DNA of 64,000 nt from Alphaproteobacteria bacterium (GCA_965237415.1 CBDEFM010000002.1:3040001-3104000); one strand, 5' to 3'. Shown: positions 1 to 11,026, numbered from the stretch's first letter. The notes: a model not told the origin generated them from the letters alone. Translations and numbers: made by a program.

Positions 1-501
1 ATCGTCTGCCCGGACACGATTCTGCCGTCCGAATGGCTATCGGGGGTTTGGGGGGAGGATCATGTCTTCGAGGATGCCGTGGGCGCCGAGGCGACGATCG
101 CCGCGGTGATGGGGCATCACAACCGGATCGCGCGGGAGCTGGCGGAACGCCCGGAGGACTACGCGCCGGTCCTGGGAATGGACACTAACAGCGGCGAGAC
201 CTTGTCGCCAGCCTTCGACATTAATCCATCGCCTTCGAGGCACCGCGTTCTTGAGACCGGCATCATCCAAGGCGGGTCATTTGATGCGTCGCTCGATCTG
301 GCCCTTGAGGCGTGCGAATTTTTCGATGTCAAATCAGAAGTAGCCAAGCAGCATGCGGTGGAGATGGCCAGGATTGTCGCTGGTAATTGGAAGCAAGGCC
401 TGCGCGAAGAGGAAGAGGCATCATCGGACGACGACATTCGCGGATATGCGGAGGCCTTTGAGCATGCTGAGGCAGAAAAGGCTTTGAGTCTTGATGGGTG
501 A
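1..501 (+). pseudogene. Chimeric ORF open at window edge: UPF0149/YecA-like fragment fused in frame to a HipA-family toxin C-terminal fragment
   Basis: Frame 1 reads IVCPDTILPSEWLSGVWG...AVMGHHNRIARELAERPEDYAPVL (UPF0149-like), then switches at about 200 to LSPAFDINP...LDLALEACEFF...GYAEAFEH (HipA C-terminal motif). Confidence 0.5.
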
Positions 502-619
502 TGCCAGGGCCGTCGAGGTAAGCTCGTCACATTCGGTTCAGATCGATGTCGAACATCGGCTTGGAAGTCTGTTTCGTACCCCCAGATACCCACGTCTGCG
601 TGGAAGTAAGGGTTAAACA

Positions 620-1408
620 GTGCCGATTTCCTTTACCCCGATTCAGGAGAAAGGCTGTTGGTGCGGCTCGACTTGGACGGTCAATGATGAAGACACGTTG
701 GCGGACATGATTGCTCGTGTTGCCCTTGGTCAGTCGCGCTCTGTGGAACGTATTTTGCACGCCACGGACGCAATGCCCTCGGAGCATCCGACTGGTGGGT
801 TTGCTGGCGCCAGGGCACTGCTCACGGTCGAAGATGGGACGGACCCTTACCACCGGGATGGCTGGGTGTTTCAAGTGATCTCTTGGATCGCGGCGCATCG
901 CCAGAGTGATGATGCTTTGATCCGTGCCCCTCAAATGATTAAAGCCGACAAAGGGCTCGATGGGCTGATGATCGAGTTTGAAGACGATGATCTCTCGCGT
1001 GTTGTTATCTGCGAGGATAAGGCCACAGAACGTGCGCGGCGGCGGGTTAAAAATACTGTCTGGCCGGAGTTCGAAGACTTCGAGACAGGCGCGCGCGACA
1101 ACGAGCTAGTGGCTACGGTGACGGCTATGTTGGAGAGGTCTGGCGATCCCCAGCCGGACAAGACCATTGCTGATATCCTGTGGCGTGACACGCGCGCCTA
1201 CAGGGTCGCTGTCACGGTCGGTGACCGCCATTCGACTGATGCTGGACGCAAGCGTCTGTTCAAGGGTTACGACAAAATTGTCTCTGGAAGGGCCGCCCGA
1301 CGACGGGCTGAAACGCTGCTCTTGGACGATATCCGTGACTGGATCGATTCAATCGCGGCAAGGGCGGTTGCGGTGATTGATTCAGCGGAGGATCAGGCCG
1401 ATGTATGA
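620..1408 (+). CDS. Putative PD-(D/E)xK nuclease, Hachiman HamA-like
   Basis: 262 aa; KGLDGL...ICEDKAT nuclease-like motif; stop overlaps the start of the downstream helicase. Confidence 0.6.
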   Translation: MPISFTPIQEKGCWCGSTWTVNDEDTLADMIARVALGQSRSVERILHATDAMPSEHPTGGFAGARALLTVEDGTDPYHRDGWVFQVISWIAAHRQSDDALIRAPQMIKADKGLDGLMIEFEDDDLSRVVICEDKATERARRRVKNTVWPEFEDFETGARDNELVATVTAMLERSGDPQPDKTIADILWRDTRAYRVAVTVGDRHSTDAGRKRLFKGYDKIVSGRAARRRAETLLLDDIRDWIDSIAARAVAVIDSAEDQADV

Positions 1409-4400
1409 TCCTGATACCGCCGCTTTGATACGATCCGCGCCGGATCTGCCTGATCTGGATAGAGAGGCCTTACCTGACGCGCTTTCGCGTGCCTTTGCGG
1501 AGATAGCCTCTGCACGAGTGCTGTTGCGTGAAGGTGCCGAAGATCCGAGCGGTCTCCATGAGACGATCGGTTTCGCGAAGCGTCTTGCTCAGGCCTATGA
1601 GGCGTTGGTTGCCATCGATCCGGATCGCGAGAATAGAGCAGCAGCAGGCTTTGTTTCGGCCACGGCCTACCAACTGGTCTATCAAGCCACAGCGCTGCAC
1701 AGGCCGGAGCAACCAGCAGCGTTTTTGAGAGCAGATGGCATCAGTCCGGATGTTTCGGCCATGCTTCTCTTTCTTGTCGCCGAAGCGACCGCGGATTCCT
1801 CTGAAGTGGCGCGCAGCATTCGGCGTCCCAGAGACGCGCGATTGCAATCCGAGTTGATCCTGCATCTGACAATGCTTGCGCGGGGACAAGTGGGCCGGAT
1901 CATAGAGCGCAAAAGCCCGTCCATGGCGACGGTCGTTGTGGGGTCGGGCGCTGAAAGGGCGAATGTTGCTCTCTACTATCGGATTCTGCGCGGTGTTCGC
2001 GCGCTGGCGTTTCGTCTCCAGGGGCGGCGGGTAACGGGCATGGCTGACCCAATCGCCGTGTTCGCAGAGGTGAAGGCGCTGGCGGCGCCGGCCGTAGACG
2101 AGGAGATTGATGGACTCGACCATGGCGCGCTTGTTGTGTTTCCGGGGCCGTTTCATCTCGCCAGCCTTCTCATGGCGGTAGGCGCGGCCCTAATGGAGGG
2201 GGCGGTTGTCAACTTGCCACCGCCGGACGGCTTGCCCGAAAATCGCTGGCGCGCCGCCATGAAGACGGTTGCGGAAACACGCCCCTATTTGTGGCGCAAC
2301 CACAAAGAGGCGGCCGCGCGCGGTTATCTTGAAAACGGAACATCGTCGGCAATCGGATTTCCGACAGGTGCAGGCAAATCGACGACCGGGCAGCTCAAAA
2401 TACACTCCACGCTGCTCGCCGGGCGAAAGGCTGTGTTTCTAGCACCGACGCATGCGCTGGTCGACCAGACGGCGAGGGATTTGCGCGGCGCTTTCCCGAA
2501 AGCGACCGTTCAAGGTGAACGTGTTGATGAATTCGGATTTTCGAGTGACGAGGAAGATCTTCCGGACATTATGGTGATGACGCCGGAAGCCTGCCTGCTT
2601 CTGACTCATATGGAGCCGGAGAGATTTGAAGATGTCGGGCTGCTAATTTTCGACGAATGCCATCTCATTCATCCGAAAACGGATGGAGACCGACGTGCGA
2701 TCGACGCCATGCTCTGCATTCTTGGCTTCGTGCGTGTAGCGCCCGAGGCTGATATCGTTCTGTTGTCTGCTATGATGAAGAATACAGACGAGCTTAGTGC
2801 ATGGCTTGCGGATCTGACGGGACGAAAGGCGCTGGCGCTCGATAATGCGTGGAAGCCGACGCGTCAGCTGCGCGGGTGCATCGTTTATGACATAGATCGA
2901 CTACAGGCTTTGGAAAAAATCCTTCGTTCTGGCCGTCGAAAAAAGCAAACGGGCGGAGCACCCGCTGCGCTGAAACAGCAGATGACAGCTCTCCCAAGCG
3001 CGTTCTTCAGTGTCAAACAGACATGGGCGTCTCAGATTAGAAACGACTATGCATTGCTGCCCTTCTTCTCCGAGGAGTTGCCGTTGGCGGTCAACAAAAA
3101 CTGGGGTCTGACCCCAAACTCAGGGGTTGTAGCAGCGTCCATCGCTGCCGCTGCGGCTGAAGCTGGGATCCGCACATTGGTTTTCTCTCAGTCCATTCCA
3201 AATGCGGTGTCGATATCCGAGAAAGCGGCGACGACACTTGGACCGTGTGAGATTGAACTGACCGAGACCGAGCGACGCGCGTATGACATCGCCGTTGATG
3301 AGTTGGGTGATGCACACCAGCTGTATCTGACCCTCGAAAGTGGCAAACTCGTGGTCCAGGCCGGGACACATCACGGCCAGTTGCTGCCAGAAGAGCGGCA
3401 ATTGGCGGAGTCGCTCTACAAGCGGAGTGACGGATTATCTGTCTTGGCAGCAACGCCCACGCTCAGTCAGGGCATGAATCTGCCAGCCGAACTCGTCATT
3501 ATCGCCGAGGATAGCCAGTACAATGCGGATGCCGGACGACGTGACATACTGGATCCTGAAGACCTCCTTAACGCAGCCGGGCGGGCGGGCCGAGCCGGTG
3601 AGAGTGCGACGGGCATCGTGCTGGTCATTCCAGGGAAAGTGGTGGGTCTTGATGACACCGAGAACAAGATCGGCAGTCGCTGGTCGCGGCTGCGGGATAT
3701 TTTCGGGCAATCTGATCAGTGTCTCGTGCTCGACGATCCGTTCACTGCGTTGATGGATCGCATTCATGACCAAGCGGCAGAGATTGGTGACCTCGAAAAA
3801 TATGTAGTCGCTCGCCTTGCCGAAACCGATGAAGGCGAGAATGAGGTCCGAGAAGTGCGTCTTGGGCTCGCACGGAGTTTTGCCGCGTTTCGAAAGAAGC
3901 AGGCTGATGACAACGATTGGGTCGCTAGCCGCACTGCGTCTGCTCTAGCGCTGTTCAATGAAGGGGGTGTGGGCTCCACGATTGAGCGGCAGCCGCTTCG
4001 CGACCTTGCCTCTATGCTGGGTATGCCCGAAGATGTGTTGGCAAGGCTTGCCAATGATGTCGTTGCAGCTGGGCTGGCTGTCAATACGAGCGTTTCTGAT
4101 TGGTGCGGTTGGATATTTCAATGGCTTGAGCAACATCCGGAAGATATGTTCCGTCTCTTGAAAATCGAAAACTTTGAGTATTTGCTCGGCGCCAATTTCA
4201 AGAGTTTGGGAACCGATGTAGAGCGCGCTGCATCCTCGGTACCAATACTTCAGGCGGCGCTGCAAAAATGGATGGGCGGTGTGCCTCTCATGGATATTCA
4301 GACCGTACTGTCCACCAAGACACGGGATATCAAACACAGCACGAGCGCACGTAAGTTTGTTATCCGCGTGGTTCCCGATCTCGCGCATGTGCTGGGTGCG

Positions 4401-4712
4401 CCACTTCAAATCTTCATGCGATTGGTCAGCGCCGGAAAAGAGGAACCGCAAGAACCAAGGCCAGGATTAGCGTACCTTAATCAATGTGTTCGGCGCGGAT
4501 ATAGCTGCGCGGAGATGGCGTCATTTTCTATACAAATGCGATCGGCAGAATGGGCTCGGCGCGAGACCCACAGGCGGTTCGCAGAGATTGTCCCGCACTT
4601 GAAAGCGGCAACGAAGAACGAGACCGGCGCTATGTTGGAGGCGCGCGTCGAAGGCGCGATGGACGCAGAACTGAATAATCGCGACTGGTCTGACGTTCAG
4701 TCGTTGGCCTAA
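1401..4712 (+). CDS. Ski2-like SF2 DEAD/DEAH-box helicase, Hachiman HamB-like
   Basis: Walker A PTGAGKS, APTHAL, DECH, LSA, ATPTLSQGMNLPA and NAAGRAGR motifs; ATG at 1401 overlaps the upstream gene end. Confidence 0.85.
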   Translation: MYDPDTAALIRSAPDLPDLDREALPDALSRAFAEIASARVLLREGAEDPSGLHETIGFAKRLAQAYEALVAIDPDRENRAAAGFVSATAYQLVYQATALHRPEQPAAFLRADGISPDVSAMLLFLVAEATADSSEVARSIRRPRDARLQSELILHLTMLARGQVGRIIERKSPSMATVVVGSGAERANVALYYRILRGVRALAFRLQGRRVTGMADPIAVFAEVKALAAPAVDEEIDGLDHGALVVFPGPFHLASLLMAVGAALMEGAVVNLPPPDGLPENRWRAAMKTVAETRPYLWRNHKEAAARGYLENGTSSAIGFPTGAGKSTTGQLKIHSTLLAGRKAVFLAPTHALVDQTARDLRGAFPKATVQGERVDEFGFSSDEEDLPDIMVMTPEACLLLTHMEPERFEDVGLLIFDECHLIHPKTDGDRRAIDAMLCILGFVRVAPEADIVLLSAMMKNTDELSAWLADLTGRKALALDNAWKPTRQLRGCIVYDIDRLQALEKILRSGRRKKQTGGAPAALKQQMTALPSAFFSVKQTWASQIRNDYALLPFFSEELPLAVNKNWGLTPNSGVVAASIAAAAAEAGIRTLVFSQSIPNAVSISEKAATTLGPCEIELTETERRAYDIAVDELGDAHQLYLTLESGKLVVQAGTHHGQLLPEERQLAESLYKRSDGLSVLAATPTLSQGMNLPAELVIIAEDSQYNADAGRRDILDPEDLLNAAGRAGRAGESATGIVLVIPGKVVGLDDTENKIGSRWSRLRDIFGQSDQCLVLDDPFTALMDRIHDQAAEIGDLEKYVVARLAETDEGENEVREVRLGLARSFAAFRKKQADDNDWVASRTASALALFNEGGVGSTIERQPLRDLASMLGMPEDVLARLANDVVAAGLAVNTSVSDWCGWIFQWLEQHPEDMFRLLKIENFEYLLGANFKSLGTDVERAASSVPILQAALQKWMGGVPLMDIQTVLSTKTRDIKHSTSARKFVIRVVPDLAHVLGAPLQIFMRLVSAGKEEPQEPRPGLAYLNQCVRRGYSCAEMASFSIQMRSAEWARRETHRRFAEIVPHLKAATKNETGAMLEARVEGAMDAELNNRDWSDVQSLA

Positions 4713-4785
4713 TGGGCTCGAAGCCTTGGCATTGATCCAACTGCCGATCTCGAAGTGCTGGACAAGTTCACCCGTGAGAGCCTGG

Positions 4786-4803
4786 TATAGCGCGACAATG
4801 TGG
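4786..4803 (+). repeat. Isolated IS21-type terminal sequence relic
   Basis: TATAGCGCGACAATGTGG matches 16/18 the reverse complement of the IS21 end at 36894-36911 (TATAGCGCGACGATCTGG). Confidence 0.4.
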
Positions 4804-4814
4804 GGGGGGCGGAC

Positions 4815-5050
4815 GGGTCGCCCGCGGCGAGGATCCCGCTGACCAGCGCACGGAGGCGCGGGGCGTGCCGACCCTGGCCCAAGTCTTCGAGGGCTACATG
4901 GCGTCCAATCATAACCGGGCCGCCAACACCGTGAGGTTTCACCGACAGAACCTGCGGGTCAACCTCTCCGATTGGCTGCAGCGTCCTCTGGACCGAACCA
5001 CGCGCCAGAACGTGGAGGATCGTTCAACCTGATAGCCACCAAGCACAGGA
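4815..5050 (+). pseudogene. Tyrosine integrase internal fragment
   Basis: Translates to GEDPADQRTEARGVPTLAQVFEGYMASN...LSDWLQRPLDRTTRQNVEDR, typical of the integrase arm/core-binding linker; no start or catalytic domain. Confidence 0.45.
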
Positions 5051-5331
5051 ATGCCGTAGATTGTGAATTGATCGTTTCAGCGGTCCGGGAGCTGCGATAG
5101 GTCGGCCTCCGGCGAAGCCTCGAACCCCGACGAAGAGGTCATGGAAAGCCAGCCGTAGTCGGGAGTTTGAATTTGACCGCTTTCGCTACGATGACGGGTG
5201 TCCGCGCCTGTTTCCGTGGGCGAGGTGAAGAATGGAGGAAATGCACGGCTCTAGGCGAGCCCTCGCCGCATCGGATCGTGATCCTGACGAAACTAGCATG
5301 AACGTGGCTCGGGTCACCGGAATTGAAGCGC

Positions 5332-5820
5332 CTAGAGGATATCGGCGGCGATGCTGACGGCGATTCGCTCGGCGGATTCCCTGATCGAGTCGCGCGCAAG
5401 GTGCGCATAGCGCGCGGTCGTCTCGACCCGGCGGTGACCGAGGAGTCGGCCGATGATCGGGAGGCCCTCACCGAGTGCGAGCGCCCGCGAGGCGAAGCTG
5501 TGCCGGATGTCATGGATGCGCACGTCGTGGAGCCCGGCCCGCACGCGGATGGCCTCCCACGACCCGTCGATGTCGGTCATGTGCGTGCCCGGCTTGGCTC
5601 CCGGAATGACCCAGAGACTGCCGGGCTTGGGCGGCAGGGCCTCCAGGACGCGGACGGCCGACGGCGACAAGTGGACCGTGCGGGCGTCCGTCTTTCCGTC
5701 GACGATGCGCATCTCGGCCTTGTCGAGATCGACGTGCTCCCAGCGCAGAGTCAGGATTTCGTTTCGGCGGCAGCCCGTCAGCATCAGCAAGCGGATCGTC
5801 GCAATCGCGCCGGCGGATAT
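5332..5820 (-). pseudogene. Tyrosine recombinase catalytic C-terminal fragment, 5'-truncated at IS256
   Basis: [30 protein letters not shown] motifs; close paralogue of 60123-62560. Confidence 0.85.
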
Positions 5821-5821
5821 C

Positions 5822-7162
5822 CACAGCGGAGGCCATCGCGGTTCCGGTTTAGGGTTGGGCTAGAGCGAACCAACCTGACCCGAAGGAGAACCACGATGAC
5901 CCAGGACATGATGACCCTGCGCGCGCTTTTGGAGAAGAGCTCCGATGCCGATCTGCTTCGCGAGATGATCGGCTTCACGGCCGAGCGGCTGATGGCAGTG
6001 GAGGTCGAGGGCCTGACCGGCGCCGGGCACGGCGAGCGCTCGGCGGATCGTATCACCCATCGCAACGGCTACCGCGGCCGGAGCTGGGAGACCCGGGCCG
6101 GCACGGTGGAGTTGAAGATCCCGAAGCTGAGGAAGGGGAGCTACTTCCCCGGCTTCCTGGAGCCGCGGCGGATGGCCGAGAAGGCGCTGGCTGCGGTGGT
6201 CCAGGAGGCCTACATCCAGGGGGTGTCGACCCGCTCGGTCGACGATCTGGTTCAGGCGATGGGGATGTCGGGCGTCTCCAAGAGCCAGGTCTCCAGGCTG
6301 TGCGGCGAGATCGACGATAAGGTCAACGGCTTCCTCGATCGACCGCTGGAGGGCGACTGGCCCTATCTCTGGCTCGACGCCACCTATGTGAAGGTGCGCG
6401 AGGCCGGGCGCATCGTCTCGGTCGCGGTGACCGTGGCTGTGGCCGTCAACGACCAAGGCCGCCGCGAGGTCCTCGGCATGGCGATCGGCGCGTCGGAGGC
6501 CGAGACCTTCTGGACCGAGTTCCTGCGCAGCCTCGCCCGGCGCGGGCTGCGCGGCGTGAAGCTGGTGATCTCCGACGACCACAAGGGCCTGAAGGCCGCC
6601 GCGACCCGGATCCTCGGCGCCACATGGCAGCGCTGCCGCGTGCACTTCGCCCGCAACCTGCTGGCCCATGCCGGCAGGCAGGGCCGGCGCGTCGTCTCCG
6701 CCTTCGTCGCCACCGCCTTCGCCCAGGAGGACGCCGACAGCGCCAAGGCCCAGTGGCGCCAGGTCGCCGACCAACTCAGGCCCAAGGTGCCCAAGCTGGC
6801 AGTTCTCATGGACGAAGCCGAGCACGACGTCCTCGCCTACATGAGCTTCCCCAGGGAGCACCGCCAGAAATTGCATTCGACCAACCCGATCGAACGGCTC
6901 CATGCCGAGGTCAAGCGCCGCACCAACGTCGTCGGTATCTTTCCCAACGAAGCCGCTATCACACGGCTCGTCGGTGCCATCCTTCTCGAGCAGAACGACG
7001 AGTGGGCCGTCTCAAGGAGATACATGACGCTGGAATCCATCGCTCCGCTGCGCGATGGTGTCCCCATCACGCTGCCCACCGTGGCAGCCTGAACGTCCCG
7101 GCCCTACCCGCCGGGAGCCGCGTAGAGCGCAACGCTCTTACACCACGCGCCGGGACACGATC
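5822..7162 (+). mobile_element. IS256-family element (left end apparently missing)
   Basis: Full transposase; right end CTTACACCACGCGCCGGGACACGATC at 7162; no matching left IR seen. Confidence 0.75.
5896..7092 (+). CDS. IS256-family transposase
   Basis: RBS AGGAG then MTQDMM; [37 protein letters not shown] motifs. Confidence 0.93.
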   Translation: MTQDMMTLRALLEKSSDADLLREMIGFTAERLMAVEVEGLTGAGHGERSADRITHRNGYRGRSWETRAGTVELKIPKLRKGSYFPGFLEPRRMAEKALAAVVQEAYIQGVSTRSVDDLVQAMGMSGVSKSQVSRLCGEIDDKVNGFLDRPLEGDWPYLWLDATYVKVREAGRIVSVAVTVAVAVNDQGRREVLGMAIGASEAETFWTEFLRSLARRGLRGVKLVISDDHKGLKAAATRILGATWQRCRVHFARNLLAHAGRQGRRVVSAFVATAFAQEDADSAKAQWRQVADQLRPKVPKLAVLMDEAEHDVLAYMSFPREHRQKLHSTNPIERLHAEVKRRTNVVGIFPNEAAITRLVGAILLEQNDEWAVSRRYMTLESIAPLRDGVPITLPTVAA

Positions 7163-7573
7163 AGGCCGAACGCGCGCTCGGCCGTGAAGTGCGTGTTCTG
7201 TGCTGTTACGAAGCGGGCTATGAGGGGTTCTGGCTGGCGCGCTGGCTGGACCGAACGATGTCTGTCGAGACGGTCGTGCTCGATCCTGCGAGCCTTTTGG
7301 TGAACCGAAAGGCGAAGCAGCGCAAGACGGATCGGATCGACGCCAGGAAGATGGTGCGCGCGCTGCTGGCGCACGACCGGGGCGACGCGGCGGTGCTCAG
7401 CCGGGTGCGGATACCGAGCGTTGAGGAGGAAGACCGCAAGCGATTGCTCCGGGAGCGCCGGCGCCTGGTGAAGGAGCGGACATCGCTGACCAACGCGGTC
7501 AAAGGGCTCCTGAAGCTGCACGGCATCTTCGACCTGCAGCCCCGCGCCAAGGGCTTCGAGGCCCGCTTCGCCG
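7163..7573 (+). pseudogene. IS110-family transposase N-terminal fragment cut by IS256 elements on both sides
   Basis: CYEAGYEGFWLAR, KTDRIDARK and IPSVEEED motifs of the IS110 DEDD domain. Confidence 0.8.
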
Positions 7574-8965
7574 GAGCTATGGCCGAGAGTGGGTGACGGG
7601 CTGAGAGAAGGAGGTAGCGTATCGTGGGGGGTGACGAAGCCTCCCGGTCTCCAAGCAAGGAGTGATACGCCATGACGGAAGATAGTGTTGTCGCGCTGCA
7701 CCATCCAGGTGTGACGGCCGATCCGCTGACCGAAGTACTCCGCGCCGGAGCTCGCGAGCTCCTGGCACAGGCCATTGAAGCGGAGGTTGCCGCCGTGCTG
7801 GCGGCGCATGAACATCTGAAGACCGAAGACGGCCGCCGGCGCCTGGTGCGTCATGGCCACGGGCCGGAACGGGCGATCCTGACTGGCATTGGTCCTGTGT
7901 CTGTGCGGCGCCCGAAGGTCCGGGACCGTGGCAGCGTCGGAGGAGAGCGCATCCGTTTCACGTCGGCCATTCTGCCCCGTTTCGCGCGGCGGACGCGGTC
8001 GCTGGATGCGGTTTTGCCGACGCTCTACCTTCGTGGCGTGTCCAGCGGGGACTTCCAGGAGGCGCTGGAGGCGTTGCTCGGCAAGGACGCCTCTGGCTTG
8101 TCGGCGCAGGTGATCGGCCGCCTGAAGGCGGAGTGGGAGGCCGAGCACGAGCGCTGGCGCCGGCGCGACCTGTCGGCCCGACGCTACGTCTACATGTGGG
8201 CCGATGGCATCCATCTCCAGGGTCGGCTGGAGGACGAGAAGCAATGCATTCTGGTCCTCATCGGCGCCACGCCGGAGGGACGCAAGGAACTCGTGGGCTT
8301 CCAGGCGGGGGTGCGCGAGAGCGCCCAGAGCTGGCGTGAGTTGCTGGCATGCCTGCGCGGGCGCGGGCTCACGATTGGTCCCGAGCTCGCCATCGGCGAT
8401 GGCGCTCTGGGCTTCTGGAAGGCGCTGGAGGAGATCTTTCCCGACACCCGCCGCCAGCGCTGCTGGGTCCACAAGACAGCCAATGTCTTGAACAAGCTGC
8501 CGAAGTCGCGACAAACGGCCGCCGAAGCTGCCCTGCATGATATCTGGATGGCGGATGGCCGCGCCGAGGCCGAGAGGGCGATGAATACTTTCGCCGCCAA
8601 GTACGACGCCACATACCCCCAAGCCGTCGCCTGCTTGACAAAGGACCGCGACGCCTTGCTGGCCTTCTACGACTTCCCGGCCGAGCACTGGCGGCATATC
8701 AGGACGACCAATCCAATCGAAAGCGTCTTCGCTACCGTCCGCCACCGCACCGTGCGCACCAAGGGCTGCTTGTCTCACGGGACAACTCTGGCCATGGTCT
8801 TCAAGCCGATCACCACCGCCAGCAAGACCTGGCGGCGGCTCATGGGAAACAATCAGTTGCCCAAGGTCATCGAAGGTGTGAGATTCAAAGACGGTATGCA
8901 GATCGACGAAACCAAAACTCGCGCCGCCGCCTGATCACGCCGTCACCCAAAATCGGGCATAACTC
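7574..8965 (+). mobile_element. IS256-family element with imperfect terminal IRs
   Basis: Left GAGCTATGGCCGAGAGTGGGTGACGG vs right (revcomp) GAGTTATGCCCGATTTTGGGTGACGG; flanks differ, so no TSD. Confidence 0.88.
7672..8934 (+). CDS. IS256-family transposase (second subtype)
   Basis: 420 aa; LYLRGVSSGDF, WADGI, GDGALGFW, QRCWVHK, RTTNPIES. Confidence 0.93.
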   Translation: MTEDSVVALHHPGVTADPLTEVLRAGARELLAQAIEAEVAAVLAAHEHLKTEDGRRRLVRHGHGPERAILTGIGPVSVRRPKVRDRGSVGGERIRFTSAILPRFARRTRSLDAVLPTLYLRGVSSGDFQEALEALLGKDASGLSAQVIGRLKAEWEAEHERWRRRDLSARRYVYMWADGIHLQGRLEDEKQCILVLIGATPEGRKELVGFQAGVRESAQSWRELLACLRGRGLTIGPELAIGDGALGFWKALEEIFPDTRRQRCWVHKTANVLNKLPKSRQTAAEAALHDIWMADGRAEAERAMNTFAAKYDATYPQAVACLTKDRDALLAFYDFPAEHWRHIRTTNPIESVFATVRHRTVRTKGCLSHGTTLAMVFKPITTASKTWRRLMGNNQLPKVIEGVRFKDGMQIDETKTRAAA

Positions 8966-10176
8966 GACCTTACCGCACGCAGCGGGTGCCGGTGGCGCAG
9001 GACCTGGAGTGGGAGCTTCTGCCGGTTCAGCACCCCGACTTCCTCGGCCTCGGCAAGGACCCTGTGTCGTTCCCCGAGATCGAGACCACCTATGGCTGGG
9101 AGTCCGCGCGCAAGGAGGCGGCACGGTGCTTCCGCTGCGATGCGGAGACCGGCTCCGCCGACTATGCAGTGGGGCACCGTGAGGACATCTTCGTGATGGC
9201 CCGCACCACGCCGGGCGATACGGCGGGGCAGAAGGCGATGCTGGAGAAGCGCATGGGCGAGCGGGACGACCCCTTCCCGGAAGAGCTCCCCGGCGTTCTG
9301 GACGATCTCGCCTTCCTGCCCGCGAACCTCTCGCGCCTTGTGATCGACCCCTACCGCGAGGCCTGCCGGATCGGCACCACGGTGGGCGGCACCGATCTGG
9401 TGCTGCCCTTTATGGTGACGGGCTTCGACGACGCGCCGGCGGAGGTGCGGGCTGCGGTCGGGCGCGGCATCGCGGAGGCGGATGCGAGCTATCTCGGGGT
9501 GCAGCCCGTGGGCGAAGGCGCGCGCTGGTTCCAGCTCGTGCTGCCGGGGCAGATCGCGCCGAGCGCGGACGCGGCGGGGCTGATCTACGCTCTCGGCCAC
9601 CGCTTCACGCCCGTCGACGCGACCGCCGCGGCCGAAGGCCAGGTGCTGGGGCTTTCGCTCTCCTCGCCAGAGGTTCTGGAAGAGGCGATCCCCTATACGC
9701 TCGATGCGGGCTTCGACATGCTGCTGCTGGACGGCAGCGCCGGGCTCGGCGCGCCCTGGGCGGAGCTCAGGGGTGCGCCCGATCTCACCATCCTGCGGGA
9801 TGCGGTGGCGATTCTGCGCCGGCTCAACCGCGAGGAGGAGATCGACCTCGTCTACTTCGGCGGCGTGCGCTCGGGCACCGATGCGGCCAAGGTGATCGCG
9901 CTCGGCGCGGTCGCCGTGGTGCTGGGTGTGGCCGTGGGGCTTGCCGCGGGCGGTGCGATCACCGGCGCCCACGAGCTCGCGTTCTCGGCGGACCGCAGCG
10001 ACGAGGAGCGCACGACGGGCACCGTCAACATCATCAAGGCAACCGCGTCAGAGGCGTCGATGATGGCGCGCTGCACCGGCAAGACAAACCTTCAGAACGT
10101 CGAGCCCGAAGACCTCCGCGCGCTGACTATTGCAACTGCGCACGCATCCGGCATCCCCCTTGACGCGACGCGGTAG
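8966..10176 (+). pseudogene. 5'-truncated oxidoreductase: GltD-like C-terminal tail fused to a glutamate-synthase-like FMN barrel
   Basis: Frame open to the IS256 end; EAARCFRCD (GltD-type terminus), then LDDLAFLPANLSRLVIDPYRE, GGVRSGTDAAKVIALGA, MARCTGKTN...EPEDL. Confidence 0.7.
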
Positions 10177-10188
10177 CGGAGACGTGAG

Positions 10189-10464
10189 CTAACGGCCGAC
10201 CAGATCGGCCGCGATGCGCCTCGCCCGGTCCGTGAACCCCGCGACGCTTTCGCCCTCGAAGCGCTGCCGGAAGCGCTCGGCGGCTTCGGCGATGTGGGCC
10301 TCGATCTTCTCCTGCGACGGCTTCCGCTTGGGCGGAACGAGTTCGCGGAGCACTGCCTCGGCGGCAAGCAGGCGGCAGGCCTGATCGACAACCAGCAATT
10401 CCAGGGCGAGGATGAGCTCGTCCCTCTTCTCGAACTCCTCCTGAATGTTCCGCGGGATCGTCAT
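10189..10464 (-). CDS. Hypothetical protein
   Basis: ATG at 10464 preceded by GGGAG; 91 aa helical protein. Confidence 0.55.
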   Translation of the reverse strand: MTIPRNIQEEFEKRDELILALELLVVDQACRLLAAEAVLRELVPPKRKPSQEKIEAHIAEAAERFRQRFEGESVAGFTDRARRIAADLVGR

Positions 10465-10540
10465 CGTTTCACTCCCCTGACCGCGATCGGTATTCTGCGC
10501 CTGAGAGACGGCGATCTTACTCGAAAGCGAAGGAAACATC

Positions 10541-11026
10541 GTGGGGCGACGCGGCGCATCCGGGGAGCCATCGAAGCGGCGGTGGCTTCGCTACGGCATC
10601 ATCGTCGGGCTCCTTCTGCTGTTCGTGGTCGTCTACGAGACCGGACAGCAATTGCGCCGCGGCGGTGCGGGGACGGAGCAGCAGACGGCGGAGCCCGGCG
10701 CCGGAGAGGCCGTGGATCCCGCAGACACCGTGCGCCGGCTCAAGCGCTATTACCGCTCGCACGACCTGCCGGCCGGTTGGGAGGTCGGCGACACCGAGCG
10801 GGGCGGTTCGGGCGCGGTCGAGGTGATGCTCCACTTCTCCCCCAGCATCCGCTCGAGCCGCTACGGCGAGGCGGCCCGGCCCGGCGAGGTCGGTCCGCAC
10901 AATGGCTGCCCGACCGAGGCATCGAACCTCTGGAGCGAGCTCACTGAGGCAGCCTTCGAAATCGTGGTGAACGACAAGACTGGGGTGATCGACCGGTTCG
11001 CCTGCACCGAACTGCCGCCTGATTGA
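10541..11026 (+). CDS. Hypothetical single-pass membrane protein
   Basis: N-terminal hydrophobic helix YGIIVGLLLLFVVVY followed by a soluble domain with two Cys. Confidence 0.6.
   Translation: MGRRGASGEPSKRRWLRYGIIVGLLLLFVVVYETGQQLRRGGAGTEQQTAEPGAGEAVDPADTVRRLKRYYRSHDLPAGWEVGDTERGGSGAVEVMLHFSPSIRSSRYGEAARPGEVGPHNGCPTEASNLWSELTEAAFEIVVNDKTGVIDRFACTELPPD

Noticed and set aside
5323-5895. N-terminal extension of the 589-aa transposase ORF
   Set aside because: Antisense of the integrase fragment; the real start with RBS is 5896
7138-8778. 546-aa minus-strand ORF
   Set aside because: Antisense to IS110 and IS256 sequences
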